Shown here one piece after another: positions 46,055 through 55,879 of a DNA stretch of 64,000 nucleotides; within the stretch, counting starts at the first letter, position 1, and each line of letters opens with the position of its first letter. A model generated the notes under the pieces. That model was given only the letters and a program-made list of their open reading frames with translations. It made no database searches and was not told the DNA's origin. Made by a program: the position numbers and the translations under genes. The stretch is taken from contig CAVVQV010000017.1 in the NCBI GenBank assembly GCA_963750495.1, positions 71,327 to 135,326 on the forward strand, given 5' to 3'. The DNA comes from an uncultured Actinomycetota bacterium (GTDB lineage Bacteria; Actinomycetota; Actinomycetes; Propionibacteriales; Nocardioidaceae).

Positions 46055-47070
46055 ACATCGATGAGCTCAAGCAGACGCTGACCGAGGTCGCTGACGAGGT
46101 CGACGACCGAGGGGGACTCGACCGGCTGACGGGTGTCGATCACAAGGTCACGGCCAGACGACGCACCGCGGCAGTCGGCATGACGCTGGCTGCGGTGATC
46201 ACCGCAGTCGCGGTGGCGATCGTGCCCACCGTGCTCGACGGGTCGGACAGCACATCGCCCGCTGACCAGACCGGCAAGCAGACCTCGTCGCTTCCCACGA
46301 TCACCGACCGGGGCACGACCTTCTACACCTCACCGGGCGGAGCAGCACTGCTCGGCCACGTGGTGTCCGAACCCGGCCAGCGCGAGGTCTCCTTCACGTT
46401 CACCCCGGACACCCTCAACCTCACATGGGAGCAGTTCTGCTGGGATCCGAACCGGGCCGGCGGTGAGCACGGCGCCGAGTACAGCACCTTCGTCAACGGC
46501 CATCCCCTCGGTGGGTCCACGTGTGCAGGCGGACCGGACGGCCCGATCTCGGGCACCTCGTCGTTCGGTTCCGGGTCCCCGCGCAGCAACGGCTCGGGAT
46601 GGGCTGGGCTCGGTGTCCGGGTGGGCAAGCCGTCCACCTTCACCGTGCGGATCACGAAGCACGCCGATCACTCGGTTGCCTCTCAGCTCGGCGCAGCGAT
46701 CTACGCACATGCACCTCAGGTGCACGACGCGGGAGTCTGGTACGACCAGCAGGTCGTCTACCTCGGCCACACGTACGAGGCCGCGGCGGTGAGCTCGGCC
46801 GCGTTGTCCGGCCGGCTCACGCGAGCGTCCGCCGACCTTCCACCCTCTGACACGAAGCTCTACGTCTTCCTGGGCGTGACGCACCTGAAGGGGCAGCTCC
46901 AGCTTGGCTCGGGTGGTGGCAGCGGCATGAACCTGGCCCGTGGCAGTCTCGGTGGTGGCACCGGAGACCTCGTCGACTCCGATCAAGGCTCTGTCACGGT
47001 GTCGGGGTCGAGCAAGGACGGCAAGTCAACGGGCACGATCTACGTCGTTGTCTACCAACGGGTGACGTAG
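46051..47070 (+). CDS. single-pass membrane protein of unknown function, co-transcribed with the sigma factor
   Basis: 4-nt ATGA overlap with the sigma gene. A ~45-aa cytoplasmic head, a TM segment (AAVGMTLAAVITAVAVAIVPTVL), and a ~270-aa extracytoplasmic domain with no motif I recognise. Confidence 0.65.
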   Translation: MNIDELKQTLTEVADEVDDRGGLDRLTGVDHKVTARRRTAAVGMTLAAVITAVAVAIVPTVLDGSDSTSPADQTGKQTSSLPTITDRGTTFYTSPGGAALLGHVVSEPGQREVSFTFTPDTLNLTWEQFCWDPNRAGGEHGAEYSTFVNGHPLGGSTCAGGPDGPISGTSSFGSGSPRSNGSGWAGLGVRVGKPSTFTVRITKHADHSVASQLGAAIYAHAPQVHDAGVWYDQQVVYLGHTYEAAAVSSAALSGRLTRASADLPPSDTKLYVFLGVTHLKGQLQLGSGGGSGMNLARGSLGGGTGDLVDSDQGSVTVSGSSKDGKSTGTIYVVVYQRVT

Positions 47071-47287
47071 GGCGCCGATCTGTTTATGGTGAAGTATGCG
47101 TTTCCCGTCGAGTCCGACTTGAGTCCTGCCGCGCAGGTTCAGGCTGCGCGTCCTCGGTTATCACGCCTCGCGTGACCTGGTCCCGCTGTACAGCGTCTAC
47201 GCGCTGCTGTTCGGAGACCACGGCGTCTCGACGGGTCAGATCTCGACGCTCTTCATCATCTGGTCGCTGACCTCCTTCGTCTTCGAG

Positions 47288-48340
47288 GTGCCCTCCGGCG
47301 CCTGGGCCGACACCATCGACCGGCGTCTCCTGCTGGTCGTGTCGGCGGTGGTCTACGCCGGCGCGTTCAGCGCCTGGATGCTGCTGCCGACCTACACCGG
47401 CTATGCCCTCGGGTTCGTCCTGTGGGGGCTCTCGAGCGCCCTGATGTCGGGCACCTTCGAGTCGGCGCTGTACGACGAGCTCGTCCTTCGGGGAGCCGAT
47501 GCGGCGTACCCGGGCCTCATCGGATGGGCCCACTCCACCGCGATGATGGCCAACCTCGTGGCGACCCTGGCGGCAGCACCGTTGATCGCGCTCGGTGGCT
47601 ATGGCCTCGTCGGCTGGACGTCGGTGGCGATCGCCGGCGGGCAGGCGGTGCTGGCCGCGACCTTGCCTTTCTCGCCGTCGGCACGGAAACCGAACCGGTC
47701 GCACCATCTCTTGGCCAAGACAGAAGCGTTGGCGGCGCGGTACGTCGCGATGCTGCGTGCAGGCATCCGGGAGGCGTCGAGGTCGGTCGACGTCCGTCGT
47801 GTCGTCCTGCTCTCCTCGCTGCTGGTCGGGCTGACTGCCTACGACGAGTACTTTCCACTGGTCGCCAAGGACCACGGTGTCTCGACGTCGACGATCCCGC
47901 TGCTCATCGGGATGGCCGTCGTGGGGCAGGTCGTGGGTACCGCCCTGGCCGGGCGGACGGCCGGGATGAGCTCTCGCACGATCGCCGTCGTGGTCGTGGC
48001 CGGTGGCGGTCTGATCTCGCTCGGCGCGCTGGTCTGGCCGTACGCCGGGTTCGTCGCCATCGCAGTCGGCTACGGGCTGCTGAACAACACCATGATCGTC
48101 GCCGAGGCCCGGCTCCAGCAGGTGATCGCCGGTCCGGCTCGGGCGACGGTCACGTCGGTGTACGGGTTCGCGACCGAGGTGGTGGCGCTGGCTGTCTACG
48201 GGAGCTTCGCCGCGGCAGCCGGTTTCGTGTCCGTGCCCAGGCTCGTGGCGCTGCTCGGCATTCCGATCGTGGTCATCGCGTGGTCCGTCGGGCGGTGGTT
48301 CCCCGGACCGCCGAGGCGGCCGGCGGTCGAGGCGGGGTGA
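47288..48340 (+). CDS. MFS transporter (minimal ORF; homology continues upstream to 47123 and ATG 47096 is cut off by an in-frame TGA)
   Basis: Multi-TM protein. The same frame upstream reads VLPRRFRLRVLGYHASRDLVPLYSVYALLFGDHGVSTGQISTLFIIWSLTSFVFEVPSGAWAD, which is TM1-loop-TM2 of this MFS type. There is no ATG/GTG/TTG between 47123 and 47288. Confidence 0.75.
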   Translation: MPSGAWADTIDRRLLLVVSAVVYAGAFSAWMLLPTYTGYALGFVLWGLSSALMSGTFESALYDELVLRGADAAYPGLIGWAHSTAMMANLVATLAAAPLIALGGYGLVGWTSVAIAGGQAVLAATLPFSPSARKPNRSHHLLAKTEALAARYVAMLRAGIREASRSVDVRRVVLLSSLLVGLTAYDEYFPLVAKDHGVSTSTIPLLIGMAVVGQVVGTALAGRTAGMSSRTIAVVVVAGGGLISLGALVWPYAGFVAIAVGYGLLNNTMIVAEARLQQVIAGPARATVTSVYGFATEVVALAVYGSFAAAAGFVSVPRLVALLGIPIVVIAWSVGRWFPGPPRRPAVEAG

Positions 48341-48360
48341 TCTCGACAGGCTCGACCAGC

Positions 48361-48408
48361 GGGGTGGGCTTGATCAGCGGGGTGGGCTTGATCAGCGGGT
48401 GGGCTTGA

Positions 48409-48413
<5 letters not shown>
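48361..48413. repeat. 18-bp tandem repeat x3 (GGGGTGGGCTTGATCAGC) between convergent genes
   Basis: Units at 48361-48378 and 48379-48396, and a 17-nt unit at 48397-48413. A degenerate fourth copy (GGCTCGACCAGC) lies just upstream. The gcdH stop (48409-48411) lies in the last unit. Confidence 0.95.
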
Positions 48414-49646
<1,233 letters not shown>

Positions 49647-49793
49647 GATCGCTCCAGAGGTCGAGCAGTGGATGCCTTCACCTTAGAGGGAACGACTCCC
49701 GGTGACGCGTACGGTCGGCTCCGCGGGCAGCGACACGGCGAGCCCGGATGGCATCGCGTGCGCCCAGGGGTTGCCGCCCAGTAGGGTGCCGAT

Positions 49794-50906
49794 GTGGCGA
49801 CGACGACCGACGGGGGTCACGATGCCGACACGGCCTCTTCCGACGCTGCCCATGCGGCCGTCGACCTTGCCGGGCTGACCCGTCGCTTTGGCTCCGTGAC
49901 GGCCGTCGACGACATCGATCTGACGATCCGCGACGGCGAGTTCTTCTCGATGCTCGGGCCGTCCGGCTCCGGCAAGACCACGGTATTGCGGATGATCGCA
50001 GGCTTCGAGATGCCCGATGCCGGCACGGTCCGGCTCGACGGTGTCGACGTCACCCGCCAGGCGCCGTTCGAACGCAACGTCAACACCGTCTTCCAGGACT
50101 ATGCGCTGTTCCCGCACATGAACGTGCGCGACAACGTCGGCTACGGGCTGCGCGTGCGGGGCGTTGCCAAAGCCAGGCGTCGCGAGCTTGCCGACGCTGC
50201 CCTGGCCAAGGTCCGGCTCGACTCCCACGGTGATCGCAAAGCCAGCCAGCTGTCGGGCGGTCAGCGGCAGCGGGTCGCGCTCGCACGCGCCTTGGTGATC
50301 GAGCCGAAGGTGCTGCTGCTCGACGAGCCGCTGGGCGCGCTCGACCTGAAGCTCCGTGAAGAGATGCAGATCGAGCTCAAGGTCCTGCAGCGGGACGTGG
50401 GTATCACCTTCGTGTTCGTGACGCACGATCAAGACGAAGCGTTGACCATGAGTGACCGGATCGCCGTCTTCAACAACGGACACATCGAACAGATCGGGAC
50501 AGCTGCAGAGATCTACGAACAGCCGGCCAGCGCCTTCGTCGCCGGCTTCGTCGGCACCAGCAACCTCATCACCGGTGCCGCGGCCAAGACCTTGTTCGGG
50601 AACGAGGGCACGTTCAGCGTGCGACCCGAGAAGATCCACATCGACACTGATCTGCAGAAACCGGAAGATCCCGGCTTCACGTCGGTCAGGGGAACCGTGG
50701 CGGAGGTGGTCTACGCGGGCGCGTCCACCCGCTTCATCGTCGACCTCGACGCCGGAGCACGACTCGTGGCGGTGCAGCAGAACCTGCAGTCGTCATCGAT
50801 GGACGTGCTCGACTACCGCGACAAGCAGGTGCGGCTCAGCTGGCGCGCTGAGCACTGCGTCGCGATCGACGATCATCCCAGCCGCTCTACGTTGGAGGAC
50901 TCATGA
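49794..50906 (+). CDS. ABC transporter ATP-binding protein (PotA-like), second system
   Basis: Walker A GPSGSGKTT, signature LSGGQRQRV, Walker B LLLDEPLGALD, and a C-terminal TOBE-like domain. GTG start. Confidence 0.9.
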   Translation: MATTTDGGHDADTASSDAAHAAVDLAGLTRRFGSVTAVDDIDLTIRDGEFFSMLGPSGSGKTTVLRMIAGFEMPDAGTVRLDGVDVTRQAPFERNVNTVFQDYALFPHMNVRDNVGYGLRVRGVAKARRRELADAALAKVRLDSHGDRKASQLSGGQRQRVALARALVIEPKVLLLDEPLGALDLKLREEMQIELKVLQRDVGITFVFVTHDQDEALTMSDRIAVFNNGHIEQIGTAAEIYEQPASAFVAGFVGTSNLITGAAAKTLFGNEGTFSVRPEKIHIDTDLQKPEDPGFTSVRGTVAEVVYAGASTRFIVDLDAGARLVAVQQNLQSSSMDVLDYRDKQVRLSWRAEHCVAIDDHPSRSTLEDS

Positions 50907-52126
50907 CCGCAACACACCCACGACGGCTCGGTCGTCGTACCGGCACGCTCGCCGTGCTCGCTTCGCTGGCCCTGGTCGTCAGCGCCTGCGGCACCTCGAG
51001 CAGCGACAACACCTCGTCTCAACCGGGAGCCGGCGGTTTCAAGGCTCCTGACATCCCGATGGTCTCGTCCGTGGGCAAGGGTGAGGGGAAGCTCAACGTG
51101 CTGGCCTGGCCGGGGTACGCCGAGTCCGGCAAGAACGACCCCGGCGTCGACTGGGTGACGCCGTTCGAGCAGAAGACCGGCTGCCAGGTCAACGTCAAGG
51201 AGTTCGGCACCTCCGACGAAGCGGTCAGCCTGATGCACACCGGCGGCTACGACGTCGTGTCCGCGTCCGGCGATGCAACGCTGCGGCTCATCTCGGCTGG
51301 CGACGTGCAACCGATCAACACTGACCTCGTGCCGAACTACACCGACATCTCTGCGTTCCTGAAGGACAAGGACTTCAACAGCGTCGACGGCCAGATGTGG
51401 GGGATCCCGCACGGGTGGGGTGCCAACCTGCTGATGTACAACAAGGACGTCGTCAAGCCGGCCCCGACCGACTGGAACGCCGTGTTCGATGTCCCCAAGT
51501 CCTATGCCGGCAAGGTGACCGCGTATGACTCGCCCATCTACATCGCCGACGCTGCGCTCTACTTGATGAACACCCAGGCGAGCCTCGCCATCAAGAACCC
51601 CTACGCGCTCGACCAGCGTCAGCTTCAGGCGGCCGTCGACGTGCTCAAGAAGCAGAAGGAAAGTATCGGCGAGTACTGGTCGGACTACACCAAGGAGGTG
51701 CAGGCCTTCAAGAGCGGATCGACGGCCATCGGGACCACGTGGCAGGTGATTGCCAACCTGACGAAGGAGGACGCCCCCGTTGCCACGGTGTTCCCGCAGG
51801 GCGGTTCGACCGGCTGGTCCGACACCTGGATGGTCACGTCCAAGGACGACCACGTGAACTGCGCATACTTGTGGCTGGACTGGATCGCGAGTCCCAAGGT
51901 GCAGGCGCAGGTGGCGGAGTGGTTCGGCGAGGCGCCGGCCAACCCGAAGGCCTGTGATTTCACCAGTGAGGGCTTCTGCAGCAACTACCACGTCAGCGAT
52001 GCGGCGTACGCCGCAAAGATCTTCTACTGGGTCACGCCCATCAAGGAATGTCTGGACGGGCGTACTGACGTCGACTGCACGGACTACAACGCGTGGACGG
52101 ACGCGTGGACCGAGATCAAGGGCTGA
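50903..52126 (+). CDS. ABC transporter substrate-binding lipoprotein (PotD/PotF family), second system
   Basis: Lipobox LALVVSACG and a family-1 solute-binding body. 4-nt overlap with the ATPase gene. Confidence 0.85.
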   Translation: MTATHPRRLGRRTGTLAVLASLALVVSACGTSSSDNTSSQPGAGGFKAPDIPMVSSVGKGEGKLNVLAWPGYAESGKNDPGVDWVTPFEQKTGCQVNVKEFGTSDEAVSLMHTGGYDVVSASGDATLRLISAGDVQPINTDLVPNYTDISAFLKDKDFNSVDGQMWGIPHGWGANLLMYNKDVVKPAPTDWNAVFDVPKSYAGKVTAYDSPIYIADAALYLMNTQASLAIKNPYALDQRQLQAAVDVLKKQKESIGEYWSDYTKEVQAFKSGSTAIGTTWQVIANLTKEDAPVATVFPQGGSTGWSDTWMVTSKDDHVNCAYLWLDWIASPKVQAQVAEWFGEAPANPKACDFTSEGFCSNYHVSDAAYAAKIFYWVTPIKECLDGRTDVDCTDYNAWTDAWTEIKG

Positions 52127-52127
52127 C

Positions 52128-53024
52128 GTGACCGAGGCCCCCGTGCCGGTGAGGCGAGAGGTCGAGCTGCCGCGGTCAACGTGGCTGCGCCGGGCCTCGG
52201 CGTTCTCGCATCGGCACGGGGGTACCCGGGTCGCCGGTCTGGTGGCAGCACCGCTGCTGTGGCTGGGGCTGATCTACCTCGTCGCGATCGTCGCGCTGTT
52301 CCTGACCGCCTTCTGGCGCGTCGACTTCGGCGTGACGGTGACCCGGGAGTGGAACCTCGACAACTTCCGCAAGCTGTACGAGCAGGATGTCTACCGCACC
52401 GTCATCGTCCGCACGATCCTGGTGGCCGCCGCTGTCACGGTGATCGACGCCGTCCTGGCGCTCCCGATGGCGTTCTACATGGCGAAGATCGCCCGACCCG
52501 TGGTCGCTCGGATCCTGGTGGTCGCGCTGTTGACGCCGTTGTGGGCCAGTTACCTGGTCAAGGCGTTCGCCTGGCGCGCCATGGTCACGCCGGGTGGCGT
52601 GCTGGAGTCGGCGTTCGGGTGGACTCCGGGCTTCGGAGTGACCTCGGTGACGATCACGTTGGCGTACCTGTGGCTCCCCTTCATGGCGCTGCCGTTGTAC
52701 GCCGGTTTCTCGAAGCTGCCGGACTCGCTGCTCGAGGCGAGCAGCGACCTGGGGGCGAAGCCGACGCGTACCTTGCGGAGCATCGCCCTGCCGATGATCG
52801 TCCCGTCGCTGATCGCGGGTTCGATCTTCACGTTCTCCCTGTCGCTCGGTGACTACATCGCCGTCAAGAACGTCGGCGGCACCACCCAGATGCTGGGCAA
52901 CCTCGTGTTCGACCGGCAGGCCACCGACATCCCGTTCGCGGCGGCGCTGGCCACCGTGTCGGTCTTGATCATGGTCATCTACCTCGCGCTCGTGCGGCGT
53001 ACCGGCGCCTTGGAGAACTTGTGA
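52128..53024 (+). CDS. ABC transporter permease, second system
   Basis: Six TM segments and the EAA loop LEASSDLGAKPTRTLRSIALPM. GTG 52128 lies 1 nt after the upstream stop. The ORF-track start at 51954 overlaps the binding-protein gene. Confidence 0.88.
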   Translation: MTEAPVPVRREVELPRSTWLRRASAFSHRHGGTRVAGLVAAPLLWLGLIYLVAIVALFLTAFWRVDFGVTVTREWNLDNFRKLYEQDVYRTVIVRTILVAAAVTVIDAVLALPMAFYMAKIARPVVARILVVALLTPLWASYLVKAFAWRAMVTPGGVLESAFGWTPGFGVTSVTITLAYLWLPFMALPLYAGFSKLPDSLLEASSDLGAKPTRTLRSIALPMIVPSLIAGSIFTFSLSLGDYIAVKNVGGTTQMLGNLVFDRQATDIPFAAALATVSVLIMVIYLALVRRTGALENL

Positions 53025-53839
53025 GTACGCCGGGGTTCCGCCTTTCGCGCGGCAGCACCTGGGCACTGCGCGGCCTGGTCGCGCTCGTGTTGGCGTTCAT
53101 CTACGTGCCGCTCGGCGTCGTCGTGATCAACTCGTTCAACTCCGACAAGACGTTCTCGTGGCCGCCCCGCAGCTTCACCCTCGAGTGGTGGCGGCGGGCC
53201 AAGGACAGCACGGGAATGATCAACGCGCTCCAGGAGTCGGTGAAGATCGGGCTCCTCGCCACGGCGATCGCGCTCGTGCTCGGCACGCTCGCGGCCTTCG
53301 CGTTGACGCGGCACCGCTTCTTCGGGCGGGAGGCCGTGTCGCTGCTGATCGTGCTGCCGATCGCCCTGCCGGGCATCGTCACGGGCATCGCCCTGAGCAA
53401 CGCGTTCACCACGATCCTCGGTGTCGGACTGTCGGTCTGGTCGCTCGTCATCGCGCATGCGACCTTCTGCATCGTGGTCGTGTTCAACAACGTGGTGGCC
53501 AGGCTGCGACGGTTGGGCGGGAACATCGAGGAAGCCTCGATGGACCTCGGGGCGACCCGGCTGACGACCTTCCGCCTCATCACGCTGCCCAACCTCGGCG
53601 GGGCGCTGGTCGCCGGCGCGCTGCTGGCCTTTGCGTTGTCGTTCGACGAGATCGTCGTCACGACGTTCACCGCACCGGCTGACGTCCAGACGCTACCGCT
53701 GTGGATCTACAACAACCTGCTCAGCCGGCAGCAGGCGCCCATCGTCAACGTCACCGCGGCGGCGCTGATCCTGGTGTCGGTGCTGCCGATCTACCTCTCG
53801 CAGAAGATCTCCGGCGACGAGTCCGCCGGCCGGCTCTGA
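53021..53839 (+). CDS. ABC transporter permease, second system
   Basis: EAA loop EEASMDLGATRLTTFRLITLPN. 4-nt overlap with the upstream permease gene. Confidence 0.9.
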   Translation: MSTPGFRLSRGSTWALRGLVALVLAFIYVPLGVVVINSFNSDKTFSWPPRSFTLEWWRRAKDSTGMINALQESVKIGLLATAIALVLGTLAAFALTRHRFFGREAVSLLIVLPIALPGIVTGIALSNAFTTILGVGLSVWSLVIAHATFCIVVVFNNVVARLRRLGGNIEEASMDLGATRLTTFRLITLPNLGGALVAGALLAFALSFDEIVVTTFTAPADVQTLPLWIYNNLLSRQQAPIVNVTAAALILVSVLPIYLSQKISGDESAGRL

Positions 53840-53884
53840 CCCCCCGCCCCGCGCTGACCCCCGTCCCGCGCTGCCCCTCTCGCC

Positions 53885-53910
53885 GGGCAGCCCCCGTCGC
53901 CGGGCTGCCC
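53885..53910 (+). terminator. GC-rich hairpin after the permease gene
   Basis: GGGCAGCCC-n8-GGGCTGCCC (9-bp stem), flanked by two 19-nt direct repeats CCCCCGTCCCGCGCTGCCC (53858-53876 and 53908-53926). Confidence 0.4.
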
Positions 53911-53939
53911 CCGTCCCGCGCTGCCCACGGTGGCTCTCC

Positions 53940-53987
53940 GTGTTTGTCTTGTGCGGTGTTTGTCTTGTGCGGTGTTTGTCTTGTGAA
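53940..53987 (+). repeat. 16-bp tandem repeat x3 (GTGTTTGTCTTGTGCG), low GC
   Basis: Units at 53940-53955, 53956-53971 and 53972-53987. The last unit ends in AA instead of CG. Confidence 0.95.
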
Positions 53988-54062
53988 CAAGCCACCCACT
54001 CTGTTCACAAGGCAAACCCGCCTTGCTCTGTAGCCAGGTGGCTTGTGAACTAGGCAAACGTC
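53974..54062. promoter_or_regulatory. operator-like cluster of inverted/direct motif copies upstream of the aldehyde dehydrogenase gene
   Basis: GTTTGTCTTGTGAAC (53974-53988) and its inverted copy GTTCACAAGGCAAAC (54003-54017, 1 mismatch). A third CTTGTGAAC at 54042-54050 is followed by TAGGCAAAC. AAGCCACC (53989-53996) and GGTGGCTT (54037-54044) are inverted. Confidence 0.35.
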
Positions 54063-54218
54063 GGCGCTCGGAGGCGGCGGAGGCCAGCCCTCACGAAAGC
54101 CGCGGCGTTGTACGACGAAATGCGTCGATCATCTGGTCAGGTACTGGCGTAATCAGCCGTCGCGCACTAGTTTTACCGGTGGAATCAGTCCGTCACATCG
54201 AGTCGATCAAGGGGCCAC

Positions 54219-55652
54219 ATGACCACCCGGACACTCAAGAACGTGATCAACGGCGAACTCGTGGACAGCGCCGACGGACGTACGTCGGCCGTCGTCAACC
54301 CCGCCACGGAAGCCGAGTACGCGACGGCGCCGGTGTCCGGTGCGGAGGACGTCGACCGGGCGATGCAGGCCGCCGGCAAGGCCTACGAGACGTGGCGTGA
54401 CGCGACGCCCGCCGACCGGCAGCGGGCCCTGCTCAAGCTTGCCGACGCTATGGAGCAGCGGACCGACGAGTTCGTCGCGGTCGAGAGCGAGAACACCGGC
54501 AAGCCGCTGGGGTTCACCCATTCGGAGGAGCTGCCCCCGGCGATCGACCAGGTACGGTTCTTCGCCGGAGCGGCCCGGGTCCTCGAGGGACGCTCGGCGG
54601 GGGAGTACCTCGCCGGCCACACGTCATACGTCCGCCGCGAGCCCATCGGGGTCGTCGCCCAGGTGACCCCCTGGAACTACCCGCTGATGATGGCGATCTG
54701 GAAGGTGGCGCCGGCCCTGGCGGCCGGCAACTGCCTGGTCATCAAGCCGTCCGACACCACGCCCGCCTCGACCCTGTTGCTCGGTGAGATCGCGCAGGAG
54801 TTCTTCCCACCGGGCGTCTTCAACGTCGTCACCGGTGACCGCGACACCGGCCGGGCGCTGATCGAGCACCCGATTCCGCAGCTCGTGTCGATCACCGGGT
54901 CTGTCCGCGCCGGTATGGAGGTCGCCAAGTCCGCCGCCGCCGACCTGAAGAAGACCCACCTCGAGCTCGGGGGCAAGGCGCCGGTCATCGTGTTCGACGA
55001 CGCCGACATCGAAGCCGCGGCCGAGGCGATCGCCGGTGCCGGTTACTTCAACGCCGGCCAGGACTGCACGGCGGCCACCCGCGTGCTCGCCGGTCCAGGC
55101 GTGCACAACGACTTCGTGGCAGCGCTGACCGAGCAGGCCAAGAACACCAAGACCGGCATGCCCGACGACGAAGACGTGCTCTATGGCCCGGTCAACAACC
55201 CCAACCAGCTCGCCCGTGTCACCGGCTTCATCGACCGACTCCCCGACCACGCCAAGCTCCAGGCCGGCGGCCACCGGGTGGGTGACAAGGGGTACTTCTA
55301 CGCCCCGACGGTCGTCTCCGGACTGCAGCAGGACGACGAGGCGATCCAGGACGAGATCTTCGGTCCGGTCATCACCGTGCAGCAGTTCTCCGACGAGGAC
55401 GAGGCCCTGCGGTGGGCGAACGGTGTCCAGTACGGCCTGGCCAGCAGTGTCTTCACCAGAGACCATGGTCGTGCCATGCGGATGGCGCGCAGCCTCGACT
55501 TCGGGTGTGTCTGGATCAACACACACATCCCGATCGTCGCGGAGATGCCGCACGGTGGCTTCAAGCACTCCGGGTACGGCAAGGACCTGTCGATGTACGG
55601 GCTGGAGGACTACACGCGCATCAAGCACGTCATGTCCGACTTCACCGTGTGA
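54219..55652 (+). CDS. NAD-dependent aldehyde dehydrogenase (gamma-aminobutyraldehyde dehydrogenase-like)
   Basis: VTPWNYPL, ELGGKAP, and the catalytic Cys in FNAGQDCTAATR. The polyamine context suggests PatD/PuuC-type. Confidence 0.88.
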   Translation: MTTRTLKNVINGELVDSADGRTSAVVNPATEAEYATAPVSGAEDVDRAMQAAGKAYETWRDATPADRQRALLKLADAMEQRTDEFVAVESENTGKPLGFTHSEELPPAIDQVRFFAGAARVLEGRSAGEYLAGHTSYVRREPIGVVAQVTPWNYPLMMAIWKVAPALAAGNCLVIKPSDTTPASTLLLGEIAQEFFPPGVFNVVTGDRDTGRALIEHPIPQLVSITGSVRAGMEVAKSAAADLKKTHLELGGKAPVIVFDDADIEAAAEAIAGAGYFNAGQDCTAATRVLAGPGVHNDFVAALTEQAKNTKTGMPDDEDVLYGPVNNPNQLARVTGFIDRLPDHAKLQAGGHRVGDKGYFYAPTVVSGLQQDDEAIQDEIFGPVITVQQFSDEDEALRWANGVQYGLASSVFTRDHGRAMRMARSLDFGCVWINTHIPIVAEMPHGGFKHSGYGKDLSMYGLEDYTRIKHVMSDFTV

Positions 55653-55674
55653 CCGACGTCCCGTGGGCGCTTGA

Positions 55675-55775
55675 CTGCGTTCTCGATCAGTCGCGCTAGC
55701 CCGCTAGCGCTTTCCAGTGCTTGCGGGCGTGGGCGGCGCCTCGCTGCGTTCTCGATCAGTCGCGCTAGCCCGCTA
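55675..55775 (+). repeat. two perfect 32-bp direct repeats, 69 bp apart (imperfect ~69-bp tandem duplication)
   Basis: CTGCGTTCTCGATCAGTCGCGCTAGCCCGCTA at 55675-55706 and 55744-55775. Both are preceded by CGTGGGCG and followed by (G/T)CGCT. Confidence 0.95.
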
Positions 55776-55879
55776 TCGCTTCGCTCCTCCGCCTTGCGAT
55801 GCATCCACCCGACCACCGCCCACTCGCCGGTTCAGATGGCTTGGGCTACAGACTTCTTTCGATGTTCGGAAAGGCATAC

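Noticed and set aside
46051-47070. Calling the gene downstream of the sigma factor an anti-sigma factor.
   Set aside because: The topology fits: a short cytoplasmic head, one TM segment and a large extracytoplasmic domain. But I see no ZAS (HxxxCxxC) or RskA-type motif in the head, so only co-transcription is stated.
55675-55775. Two 32-bp perfect repeats separated by 37 nt, resembling a minimal CRISPR.
   Set aside because: There are only two copies. The flanks are also partly duplicated, so this is a ~69-bp tandem duplication. There are no cas genes and no leader.
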